A stretch of 64,000 nucleotides of DNA from Felis catus (taxonomy: Eukaryota). The notes beneath the pieces are model-generated. The model was not told the origin of the DNA and made no database searches. It worked only from the letters and a program-made list of their open reading frames with translations. The translations under genes were made by a program, and so were the position numbers. The stretch lies in assembly GCF_018350175.1 (NCBI RefSeq), contig NC_058368.1, forward strand, positions 173,354,001 through 173,418,000. Direction: 5' to 3'. Shown piece after piece: positions 10,901-21,744 of this stretch. Within the stretch, counting starts at the first letter, position 1; the number at the start of each line of letters is the position of its first letter.

Positions 10901-13271
10901 CCAACAGGTGTGAGCGGCCCACAGGGGTGGGGAGGCAGGTGGCAGCTGTGTGACTGGGTATGAATGGGAAAAAGCTGTGAGACAGGGTGTGGGGGAGTGT
11001 CCCCGTGTGCAGGGGCACACAGACAGTGAGTGTGCTGAAGGGACAGGCTTTTGTGTGAAGCAGTGACAGAGGGTGGGCCCTTGGCCTGGGGAGCCAGAGG
11101 CTGCAGTCCTGCTGGCCCCCGGCGCCCCCTGCCGCCTGACTGGCCGTCTCTTCCTCAGCCACTCACACACATTTTTCACTGGCTGCTGTTGCCGAGGAGA
11201 TGATGGGTGGTGTGGGAGGAGGTGTGGGAGGAGCTGGGGTCATCTCAGGGCCAGCCTGCCTGGGCACGTGTGCCCAGAGCCTGTGGGGGACAGCAGTAAG
11301 GGGCCCCAGATAAGAAGAAGGGCCCCTGCATGCCGTTCAGAGGCTCCTCCCACAGGCCTGAGAGTTCATGCCCAGAGGCAGCCTCTGCTCCAGGGCAGCC
11401 CTGCGGCACGAGTGCCCACCTGCCAGCTCCCTGGGCAACCATGGACCAGGCCCCAACAGGTGCCCCACCAACCAGGGATGCGGTTCCCCAACTCTATGAC
11501 CTTCTGAGAAATCCATGCGGCACCCCCCAGGCTGAGGCACCCTGACTCACCAGCACCCATCACCCCCTTATCGACACATGCTCACCTGTGCAACTGCTAA
11601 CAACGATCACACACATGTGCAGGAGGCCAGCTGTCACACAAGCTCATCTGGCCACACACATACCAATGCCATACACACTGCCAGCCCTCATCGTCACCGG
11701 GGCACACATGCCAACCCACAGCCTTCACACGTGCTCAGGCATGACCACACAGCCCTCTCACACACAGCTGACTTGGTAAACATTTCCCGGGCACCTACTC
11801 GGTATCTGGCAACACCTCCCCTGTGTGAGGAGCATGAACACCCCCAGTTTACCATGACCAGCTCACCAACCCTGCACTCCCCTGAGGGTTGCACACACGA
11901 TCCGAACACGGATATATGTGCAATAGAAACACACACCCAGCAGTAGTGCAGCCTCCTGGCTCGGTCAGGATTAAAAGGGGAGGTCATGGGGCCGAAGGGT
12001 TTGTTAAAGTGAGGATTTAGGGGGGACAATGGGGTGTTGGAAAACGGATGGGATAGAGTAGAGGGAAGACTGAGGGGGCAGAGTGGGGAGGGCAGCCAGG
12101 CAGAATGGGTGCAGGATGTGCAACACAGAGACCCTTTAAAGAAACAGCCATCAGCCTCAATCATGGGGCTGGTGTAAGCGCTCACTCATTGATCTCTAAT
12201 CAGTCTGGTTTCATACCTCAGGAACCCCAAAGCTCCCTTCTGACATCTAGGATTAACAATGGCCTGGCCAGGGTAGGAGGCATCCCCCAGGTTCTCAGAG
12301 CGGCAGGAATCAAGAATTGCTAGGGTGCACCCCATGTCCCCTTGATCACACAAATGACCCCCCCCCACACACACACACACATAAGCTCAGCTCTGCTAAG
12401 TGCATGGATGGTGGGGAGGAGAGATCAGGAGGCCCTAACAACTCAGCCTAGGTGGAAGCTCAGGGAGAGCAGACAAAGGATGCAGGGGAACTCCCCCCAC
12501 CCCAAGGGAGGTGGGCTGAGAGCCTAGTTACCAAGCAGGTTAGGGTGGCCAACGGGACATTGAGGGAGGAGGAAGGGCGGTGCAAGGAAAGGGAGAAGGG
12601 AAAGCGGCAGCGGCCCCACCATGCATAACTCTGGCCCCCACGCACCGAGGAGGCTGGGAGCCACAGCCCTGGCCAGGGGCCGCGGGCCTTTGACTGTGCA
12701 GGCTGTAAGGGCTGGGGGCTGGTGTATGCGCCTCCACGCCTAAGTGTGTGCGTGTGCGAGCGTGTGGCGGGGACAGAGGAGGACACTGTGTTCTGGACGT
12801 GGGCAGAGGCCAGTTGCCAAGTGGGAATTGTGAGTAGCTGTTTGGGTCAGATGCTACCGGGAAGAGGTATCTTAAGCCCCCCTCCTCAATTTCCTGGGCA
12901 CTGGGATGTGGTCAAAACCTCTATCTATGACTCTCAGAGTCAGGCTCCCCCGGGCGTTGATTCAAACCCTCGACTCTGCTCTGGGGCCGGGCAACCAGCA
13001 AACTTCCCCCGCCCGGAGGCGTGGAGCGTTTACACTCGCCAGCCCCGCGCGCTGACAGCTGCTCCAGCACTTGGCAGAACCCAGGCTTCCGGGGAAGCGC
13101 GCGGGGAAGCTGCGCAGCAGCGAGAGGCGGCCCCCGCGTCCCGCCTCGCAAAGTTTGGCCTCCGGGGGCTTCCAGACGGGTCCGGCCGCGCGGGTCAGGG
13201 ACCCCCCATAGCAGCGAGCGTTCGCGCGCACAATCCCCCGCAAGCCTCCCCAGAGCGCGCGCGTGACTCAC

Positions 13272-13341
13272 CCGTGCCGTGGAGCCAGGCGGCGAGGACC
13301 ATGCCCAGGAGCGCTGGCCACAGGCCGGGCCGGACGGCCAT
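13272..13341 (-). CDS. UNC5A: UNC5A (unc-5 netrin receptor A) first coding exon, encoding the signal peptide; the rest of the gene lies to the left of the window
   Basis: The reverse complement reads gcggccATGGCCGTCCGGCCCGGCCTGTGGCCAGCGCTCCTGGGCATGGTCCTCGCCGCCTGGCTCCACGGCACGG|gtgagt, giving MAVRPGLWPALLGMVLAAWLHGT+G. This matches the human UNC5A N-terminus I recall (MAVRPGLWPALLGIVLAAWLRGSG). It has a strong Kozak context, a canonical phase-1 donor at 13271 and lies in a CpG island. Confidence 0.95.
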
Positions 13342-13560
13342 GGCCGCGGGCGGGCGAGCTGGCCGGCCGGGCGCGGGGCCCCGCGGGCGGGAGGGCGGCT
13401 TTCAGCGCCTCAGCCCAGAGCCCCAGCCCGGGGCGCCCTCGGGGCCCATGCCAGCGGACTGCGCTGCCTTGGGGCGGCCGGCTGCGGGGCGCACGCGGCG
13501 CGTGGCTCCCCTGGGCACCGGGAGCACAGCAATGCAGCCGGGGCGGAGCGCAGCGCCAGC
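13342..13560 (-). other. UNC5A: UNC5A 5' UTR part of exon 1 (start site approximate)
   Basis: GC-rich stretch directly upstream of the ATG and downstream of the GC boxes at 13664-13677. The TSS position is inferred, not observed. Confidence 0.6.
13402..13449 (-). other. Upstream ORF MGPEGAPGWGSGLRR* in the UNC5A 5' UTR
   Basis: ggcATGG at 13449 to TGA at 13404-13402, 15 codons plus stop, ending 60 nt before the main ATG. Confidence 0.7.
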
Positions 13561-15189
13561 CGCGCCGCGCACCGAGCCAGCCGCCGCGCGGAGCCCGCAG
13601 CCGGGGAGCGGGCCGGCGGGCGCCGCAAAACCCGGACTGGAGCAGCGGAGCGGGGCGGCGGCAGGGCGGGGCGGGGGAAGGAAGGAGGGGCCCGGCCGCC
13701 CCACGCCGCGCGCTTGGGCCACCCCCAGCTCCGGGGATCCCTCCCGGCGTTGCCCGAGGCTCCCCCGGGGAGGGGTTGGGGTGGTGGGCGGGGAGGCCTC
13801 CCACCGCCCCGCGCGGTCTCCAGGGACAAGGCCTGGAGTCTGAAACCCGGAGTGGATCAGTTGTCCGGATCCGGGCTCTCCCAGACCCGCCAGCCTGCGC
13901 ACAGGTGGCCCGGGAGGGGCCCAGGGCTGCGGCGACCCCGGCGCGGCGCCAGCCTGCAGAAAACGGCTTGGGGCAGGGGTGCTCGGGGCAGGTTCCGCTG
14001 CAGTCCTCTCCCCCACCCCACCCCACCCCACTCCCCGCCTCCCAGCCGCGCTCCGAGGCTGTCTGCGTGCCGCGGTACGCCACCAGCCCGCGGCTTGGAT
14101 AAGGGACTGCGGGAGAGCGCTCTGCCCCGGCCCTCGCGTAGAGGTGCTCGGGCAAGCCAGACTCAGGGCCACCTGCAGTCCCAGCCATGTAGCTTGGTGG
14201 ACTCCAGCGTGACCCAAGATTTCTCTAACCCCGTGGCGCCCTTCGCCTAAGGAAAACAACCTCAGGACACAGCGTATCTGGGCGCGCGGTGTTTGCGCCC
14301 TGAGCTAGCACCGCGCCAGAGACGTGGGCGTGAAGGACTGGGCAGGGCTTTGGGAGCCACGGAGACCCCGGTGTAGGATCTAGGCACCTCTCCACCTTCT
14401 AGCTCTGTGACCTTGGGCAAGTCACGTCGTCTCCAGCAATGACCGCTGCTGGAGTCTCCTGCTCCCCACCCCCATTCCCTAATCTGGTTAAAGTAAACAG
14501 AGGGTTGCCTTGAAGGAGAAAGGAAATGACAAACGCGCAACATACACACAGGACGAATGGTCAGAAAAAGAGAGGGTCCGACTCTGGGAGGGATGAGAAG
14601 GGTGGCGGCAAGGTCGCAAAGTAAGCCTCCTACAGGGGCCAGTCAATAATTTAAATTGGTGCTGCACGCTGGGTGATGTAAGAATGGTCTTCCCTTCCAC
14701 AAAGAGATATGAGCTCTCCTCTATTTCTTGAAACCACGAGGCCCTCTCTCGGTCTGTCTTTTGTTTCCCACTTTTGATAGAGAAGGGTTATGAGAAATGT
14801 TTTCCTTTTCTCTTAACTAGTGTAAGAAACATCAGCCAATGTCCAGATACTCATGCATGGATACTGGGCTTCAGCGCCAAGGAGGCAATGGCAGTACTGG
14901 AGACGAGACATAAGATCCAATGGAAAGGTGCAGCTGGCTCTTCTACTCTAGGTGCCAACTGAGGGTGTTGGAATTGGGGCCCAGTATGGCCCTATCTTTC
15001 AAATTATCAAGAGAAGCCATTGGATGCAAAATCTTCTGATTTAAAATTTTTAACTAAAAAATATATTTTTTTAACCTCATGTGAGCCCAGGTGAAAATGT
15101 CTGCAAATGTCCAACAGCTTCCAGTTTTTGAACTCCGCTTTGGGGATTGCTTGTATGTATGCTGTGTCTACTTGATCTACCCAACTGGA

Positions 15190-15193
15190 GTGT

Positions 15194-15235
<42 letters not shown>
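15190..15235. repeat. (TG)n microsatellite
   Basis: Visible directly, with one interruption. Confidence 0.95.
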
Positions 15236-15236
<1 letters not shown>

Positions 15237-15809
15237 GTGGGGAGCAATGTGTGCTCAGGCCCCTCCCTCTGACACTATGCCCCACCCTGCTTCAAGGGAA
15301 GAGGTGGATGGAAGAGGTGAAACCTTAGGAGGACTGTCATTTGGGGCACCTGGTGTAAGAGAGGTGATTAGGAACTGGGTTTGGGCACTAAATGGGGAGA
15401 ATGAAGGACTGAAACTGGGGTCTGGGATATAAGAGGATATCATAATGGTGCGTGCTGCACTCTGCTCTGTCCTTGCCTACGTTAATAATTTGCTCCTCAC
15501 ATTCAATCCTATTAAATAAACATTATCATCTTCATTATACAGTAACGGTAACTGAGATTTTGGGAAGGGAAGTGCCTTAAGCCCAGGGCCAACGTATTCA
15601 GTGTTTGCAGGGCTAGCTGAGATTGGGCCTAAGGGAGGCTGACTTCAATGTCCATGCTCCTTACATTTCCTCTTCCTGCAGTTTCTGCTCTGGGATTAGA
15701 ATTTGGGAATAAGGTTTGGGGAACAAGAAAAGAAAGGGTCTCCTTCTCTTTTCAGTTTGGTGGCTGTGTTCACTTCTCTGGCCTTCTTTCTTCAGCCAGA
15801 ATAGAATGG

Positions 15810-16170
15810 TCTGTAACAGGGTAGACTAGGTTATGTCATGGTAACAAACAGTCCCCAAATATCAGTGGCTTCAGCCAACAAAGGTTCATTTCTCATTTGT
15901 TCTTCATGGGTCTACTGCTCCAGATCATCCTCAATTGAGGACCCAGGCTGACAAAACAGCCACTCTCTGGAACATCGTTGGTCAGTGAGGTGGGAAAAGA
16001 GAGGTCTGGAGATAATCAGTGGCTCAGCCCTGAAATGACATGTGTCACTTCCACTGACAATTCATTGGCCAGAGCTGGCCCCATAGCCCCATACAAAAGG
16101 GCCAAGAAATATAGTTCTCCTACATGCCAACAGCTGAAATGTGAGGAAAGCAGCATTAATGATGACCACT
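15810..16170 (-). mobile_element. MLT1I/J-like LTR
   Basis: 'ctaggttatgtcatggtaacaaacagtccccaaatatcagtggctt...aaggttcatttctca' and 'cacttccactgacaattcattggccaga'. Confidence 0.65.
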
Positions 16171-17109
16171 GCCTCCAAGCTCAGCATGATCTGGCCCCTG
16201 CCTACTTCTGCAACTCTGCCTAGGCCTTAGCCATGGTCACCTCCCTTCTGTTTCTCCAGCATCCAAATTCATCCCCACCTCTGGACCTTCCCACTTGCTT
16301 TTATTCCTGGAACACTATGTCCCCAGATCTTCACATGGTTGGTTCCTTTTAGTCACTCAGGCCTCAGCTCAGCCATCCCCTTCCAATTCATACTCAGGGC
16401 ATATCAGGAAAAGGAGCAGGGATGCCCTTGAGGAGATGGTGAGTTAATTGTCTCACCTGAATTCTGCTTAAGAATCTAGGTGGGAGGACTGCCAGGAAGT
16501 GCTTGTCTCAGGCTCAAAGGTAGATGGTCAGATAGGAGGACTCCTAACATCTTTAACCTTCCTTGCCTTTGAGCCCCAGACTCAAAGGGAGGGAGTAGCA
16601 AAACCCTTCCTAGGATGGACTCTCCAACTAGTGTCTGTAGTCCTATCCAGTGACCATGCATGGGTTTCACCTCCAACTATTCTGCTGGCTAGGAATTTCT
16701 TCTCCCTAGGCAGCAGGAATCTGCCCCTCATTGGATTCACCTTTTGGGGCCTCATCAAACCTGTCTGCTCCTTCTTCATTTCTGTTATTCAAAAGACTCT
16801 TCTTTTTTACTTCAGATGACAAAGTCTGGGTCTATCCTGAATTTACTCCCTTTAGACCAAATAGTTCTGCTTCTGTTACTGGAATAGCAACAGAGCTCTG
16901 GGTCTCTGTCCTTGCCACCTTGGCCCCCTACTGTAAGTGCTTTCCACCAAGGCTGCTCCTCTGAAGGCATCTCTTAAAGGAAATTGGCACATCTCCTGCC
17001 TGCATGGCCTGATGCATTAGCAGGGTCCCAATCAGTTATTGGTCAGTGACATCACACTGTTAATGCCCACTGGATTGGAGGGGAGGGGCTCTGAACCCAT
17101 GGTGAGGCC

Positions 17110-17309
17110 ATCAATGACTTGGAGATGTGCCAGAATCTCCTGTGGTGCTGGTTAAAATGCACATCTCCAGGCCCTGCCCTATCCTGATTCTAATTTAGTA
17201 TGTCTGGGGAAGTGTCTAGGAATCTCTGCTTTTCCCACCCACTCCACCCCCAACCAGCTATTTCTACTGGTGCCAGTGGTCTGAAGATTGCACTTTGAGG
17301 AACACTGCC
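17110..17309. mobile_element. MER5-like hAT-Charlie element
   Basis: 'cagaatctcctg...ttaaaatgcacat...gattctaatttagtatgtctgggg...cactttgaggaacactg'. Confidence 0.65.
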
Positions 17310-17849
17310 CCATGTCTTTTCATAGGTGCTGCCACCAGCTGGATGTTCCCCATCTACCCTTGCATCACTGGCTTTCTGAATTTAAGTGCAGAGACTTCAG
17401 TTCATTCCAATTCTATTCCATTGTATTACATCTAATCCCTTTATCCTATATGGAGCCCTCTCAGGTTGAGGAAGCTGTCAGGCAGGGTACTTGCTATTTT
17501 CTTCAGCTTCCTGTCATTCCCAGATAAGATTGGGAAGTCATGTATACTTTCAACCAAGTCCTTGCTAAACAGGATGCTGAGAGCAGGACCAAGGAGAGAG
17601 TCTAGTGGCTCCCCACTTCAGACTATCTTGCAAGTTGCACCAGGGCAATAAATCAGTATCTCTTTCATTCACTCAGGAAACCTCTGACCACACCATCTTT
17701 CAGCTAACATCTCACTGCTGCACCCACAAAATAAACAGACAGACCCTACAGAACCCCAGATTCATGAGCCTCCAGCTTTATCCTAATCTACCAGGCCAAT
17801 GACTAAAACAAGAAATTAGTTCAGCAGGCTGGACTTGCTCTTGGTGACC

Positions 17850-18435
17850 CCACGTTGGCCCTTGATAGTCTAGTCCCTGCCTTGATCCAAGCATCCATAT
17901 TTGCCCACTGCTCAGCATCTAACTTCTGTCTTCTAGAAGCAGCAGCTTCCTGTCTTTCCTTTGAGGAATCACCCTTCCTCACCATTGGTGTATGAGATTC
18001 ATGTGGGGCCACCCCACCCCAGTTCCAGAGGATGACACATGCTTCAGGTCTACCTACTCAGCAACCACTATTCCTTGAACCACAGTGATTCATTTAGAGA
18101 TGGGCATATAGCCTGAACAAAGGGCTCAGGCTCTTTTCTGGGATTTTTGTTAGAACTAAGAAGAGAAAGAGTTTCTTTTCTTGCTGAACTTGGAGCAGAA
18201 AAGAAGAGACACTGGAGCTGCCACCATGTGAGGAGAACATACCTGAGACTGAAGCCTGGGTAGGGAAAAGCAGAGCCTGGAAAAGAGAGACACTGAATAT
18301 TGATTCATCACTTAAGGCCCTTAGATCCAGCTGCTCCTGAAGCTGCCAGATATACCCCTGGTTTTTCAGTTACATGAGCCAGTAGATTCCTCTGTTTGTT
18401 GTTTAAGACCATTTGGTTTTTTGTCATTTGCACCT
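17850..18435 (+). mobile_element. MLT1K-like LTR
   Basis: 'cacagtgattcatttagagatgggcat', 'gatccagctgctcctgaagc...ttttcagttacatgagcca'. Confidence 0.65.
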
Positions 18436-18752
18436 TTAAAAATGATACATTCATCTTTTATAAAAATATTTTCTTGAACCTTGCCCAAGATGGAATAAGC
18501 ATTTATTAGTGCCTACTGTTTGCAAGGCTTAATACCACCCAACTGGGGAAATTGCAGCCTGTGGGAGAAGACATAGTCTTCCCAGTTGTAAGTTAGGATG
18601 GAATGATCCAGGTCATAAGACAAGTGGTGAATGGGGGGGGGGGGGTTAAAAGGGAAAGAGAACTAGAAACAAGCCCCTTCAGATGACCCTCAGCAATATC
18701 TGGACCAGTCCCTTCCTCACACAGAACCCCAACACCCACACATCCCTGAATC

Positions 18753-18754
<2 letters not shown>

Positions 18755-18800
<46 letters not shown>
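18755..18800. repeat. (AC)23 microsatellite
   Basis: Perfect dinucleotide run. Confidence 0.97.
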
Positions 18801-18802
<2 letters not shown>

Positions 18803-20769
18803 TGCCAGCACTGTCTTTCCTAACTCAAATGCACTTCCCAAACCCAAATCACACACATGTGCATGCCCAGCAACTGAACATAATCAATAAAACACGTTTC
18901 CTGTCTATACTTACATACATGTAAAAACACTTCCACACATCCCCACTTCTTTCCTGCACAGACTATTGTGCTCTCCATGCTGCCCTATGCTATTGAGAAC
19001 TCTCTGCCTGGGCCTCTCCCGTGCCTGACCACAGGAATGGAGATCTCCTTGCCTTGGCTCCTTCAGGACCAAGGACAGTGCCCAATATTTCTTGAGATCT
19101 CACCTCGTGTCTTGCACAGGACTCAGATCCTTAGCTGGTTTATCTTTTTCAATTCTCACAAACCTTTATGAAATGGATGCTATTATCATACCCATTGTAT
19201 AGATACAAAAACTGAAGCACAGAGAGGGGATGTACCTTGACTAAAACCACTCAGCTTGTAAGAGATGGGGCAGGATTAAACCTAGAAGGTGCCCTCAAAA
19301 CGTTTGCTGAGTGACTGAAAGAATGTTCAGTTTAACAAATGGTTTTTATTAGAGACACACACTCCTATGAGGTATGTTATATCATGCACATACAACACAC
19401 ATACACACATGTACTCAGAAACACACACAGAGAAACACACACACACCCAGAGACAACATTTCCAGCTCCATGAGCTCCATGACATCTCAGATTCTGAGGT
19501 TTCCCTGGCTACATAGCCCCCATTTCTGGTTTCCCCACTGGGCACTCTCAGGCAGGTTTGATAGTGAGATGTTCCCTGCTGAGGGGCCTGTTGAAAAGGA
19601 GAGGGCGGGGAATCATCAGGAAGGGACAGGAGGAGCTGAGGAGGGGAGGAGGAGGATGGGATTGGACCAAGCGGAAGCCTGGCACTGTGCCCTCTGCAGA
19701 TGACCTGATGAGCATTTTGCAGAGTTAATTTCATTAGCGTCTCTGGGAGATGAACAATTAGCAAGATGCTCTGATGCCTTTAAAAGCTTAAGAGAGGGAG
19801 AAGCATGCCTTCTTGGCTTCCCCACCAAGCCACAGTGCCCCTCCTCCTCACTCTCTCTCCATGCTCCCTCCATCATGCTCCCTCCATCTCCCATCCACCA
19901 TCATCCCATCTTCCCCTTTCCTCTCATCATACCATCACAGAGTCATTTTTCCCAGCCATCCTACCCCAGGAACTCCACCCCACTCGGCCCCACTCCTTGG
20001 CCACCACGATGGCCCCTCTCTCCCTTTTCCAGGCTCCCACCTGCCCCTTGAAAAGCCCTATGCTGGACCACTGACCACAGTGCATCAATTGGTCCCCCGT
20101 GTTTTGATCACTTAGACACCCAGGGCTGGGGTTTGGCACTGGTCCAGGCCTCCAAAGTAGCACAGCTATTCTTTGGCACCCACAGAGGTCACGGCCAGGT
20201 AGGAGGTCTCTGTTTTTTTTATTGATTTTGCTACCAGGTCCTTGGCAACTCCCAGACAGGGTTCTAACCCTTGATAGCTTGGAGCTCCCATTCCAATTCT
20301 AGGGCTTCTCTGGTGGATAGGGCTGAAGTAAGCTTCTGCTTCCTCTCCCAGTGCCTGGCATATTGAATTTCCAGGCCTGGGAGGAGGTTGGGGCTCTCAG
20401 AAGGGAGGCCCAGGTTACTGTGGGGATCATCCATAGCTCCATTGAACAGATGGAAAATGGGACTCCAGACATCTTGGGTCAGTGTTTGTTCTAGATCCCA
20501 GCTGCATGATCTGGTCTTGGGGACCCACTCTTTATTTTGCCTTATCAAAGTCTTAGACCTGTGTGAAGAGTTCTGGCCCAGCTGCCAGCCTCCCCCAGCT
20601 TCATTTGGGGAGTCCTGGGGAAGTCTTATATAGGAAGGTCCTGCTGGCCAGGACTCCAGCCTTTGTGAGTTGAGATTCCAAGTTCTCTAGGACTAGATGG
20701 GGGCTCCAGACAGACCTCCTCTCAGACTAGATGATCCCTGATGATTCTAAACTCCCTTTAATCCCTAGC

Positions 20770-20915
20770 CCACAGTCAGGGCATCAGAATTCCCTGGGAG
20801 CTTACTAAAATCTGGATTCCTGGACTCCTTCTCCGACCTACTACAGGATCTCCAGGTGGGGCCCCAAATCTGCATTTTTAGAGGTTTCTACCTGGACCCT
20901 TGAGACTGGGAACCT
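20770..20915. mobile_element. MER5A-like fragment
   Basis: 'gcatcagaattccctgggagcttactaaaatctggattcctgg...ggggccccaaatctgcattttta'. Confidence 0.65.
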
Positions 20916-20971
20916 TGTCCCACAACATCAGGGGTCACAGACCTCTGGAGCCAGAAATTCTTCCTCTATGT

Positions 20972-21208
20972 CATTAATTCTCAATGGGGGCAGTATGACC
21001 CCCAAGAGAGTGGAGATTTTTCTATGGGGGTGGTGGTAGGTGAAAAAAATGGACACTTTCTCTATATAAAGCATAAATATATGTACAGTACATAAAGAGA
21101 TATATGGTGTATCTGTGGTATACAATTTCAGAGAGGGCGTGATTAGGAAAAAAATATCTACAAAGGCTCCTTATGGGGGTGATAGTGAAAAACAGGTTGA
21201 GAAACTGC
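20972..21208 (-). mobile_element. MER112-like hAT-Charlie element
   Basis: 'attctcaatggggg...atatatgtacagtacataaagagatatatgg...ggctccttatggggg...aggttgagaaactg'. Confidence 0.7.
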
Positions 21209-21702
21209 TCACTACTGTAAGATTCTAAGAAGCATAAAAGCATAACACACACCTCACACTCCACATCCTGACACGTACACACATACCCAGGGACACACAC
21301 ACATACACACACACACACACCAACACACCCTACACACAAATGCACTGAAAGTCTTCTCTCACACATATGCAAATACACACACTCCTGTCTTCACCCTCCC
21401 ACACAGACATCAGGAGGCTCCAATAACACTGCATTAGTGAAGAGAAGACTAGGTTAGGATTTTAATAAGCTTTCAAATAAATAAATATATAAAAGCCCCT
21501 TTACCAGAGCCTCTATGCTTCTTATTAATGTGACATCTCTGGCCTCACGCTTCTTGAGAACAGAGGAGCCATGTGGTCCTCTTCATGAATGTAGGCGTTT
21601 TTCTGAGATGGTGCACGTTCTGTTCATGGCTATGAAGGAGAATGTGTACCTGTGCGTGGTGTGCTAAATGTGGGGGCTTGTGGGTGATGGGTCAGAAAGG
21701 AG

Positions 21703-21704
<2 letters not shown>

Positions 21705-21736
<32 letters not shown>
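21705..21736. repeat. (TG)16 microsatellite
   Basis: Perfect run. Confidence 0.95.

Positions 21737-21744
<8 letters not shown>

Larger units (their letters stand above)
1..13271 (-). other. UNC5A: UNC5A intron 1 (partial, continues past the left edge)
   Basis: Begins at the GTGAGT donor (plus strand actcac, 13266-13271). I did not find the expected next-exon peptide (AQQSATVANPVPG...) in 1-13271. Confidence 0.85.
12600..14400. promoter_or_regulatory. CpG island / TATA-less UNC5A promoter
   Basis: Very high GC and CpG density around exon 1, with tandem GC boxes gggcggggcggggg (13664-13677) and no TATA box seen. Confidence 0.9.

Noticed and set aside
12722..14259. Several long overlapping ORFs (279-373 aa) on both strands
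   Set aside because: Ala/Gly/Pro/Arg-rich products in many frames are expected from stop-codon scarcity in a CpG island. The real coding part is the 70-nt exon.
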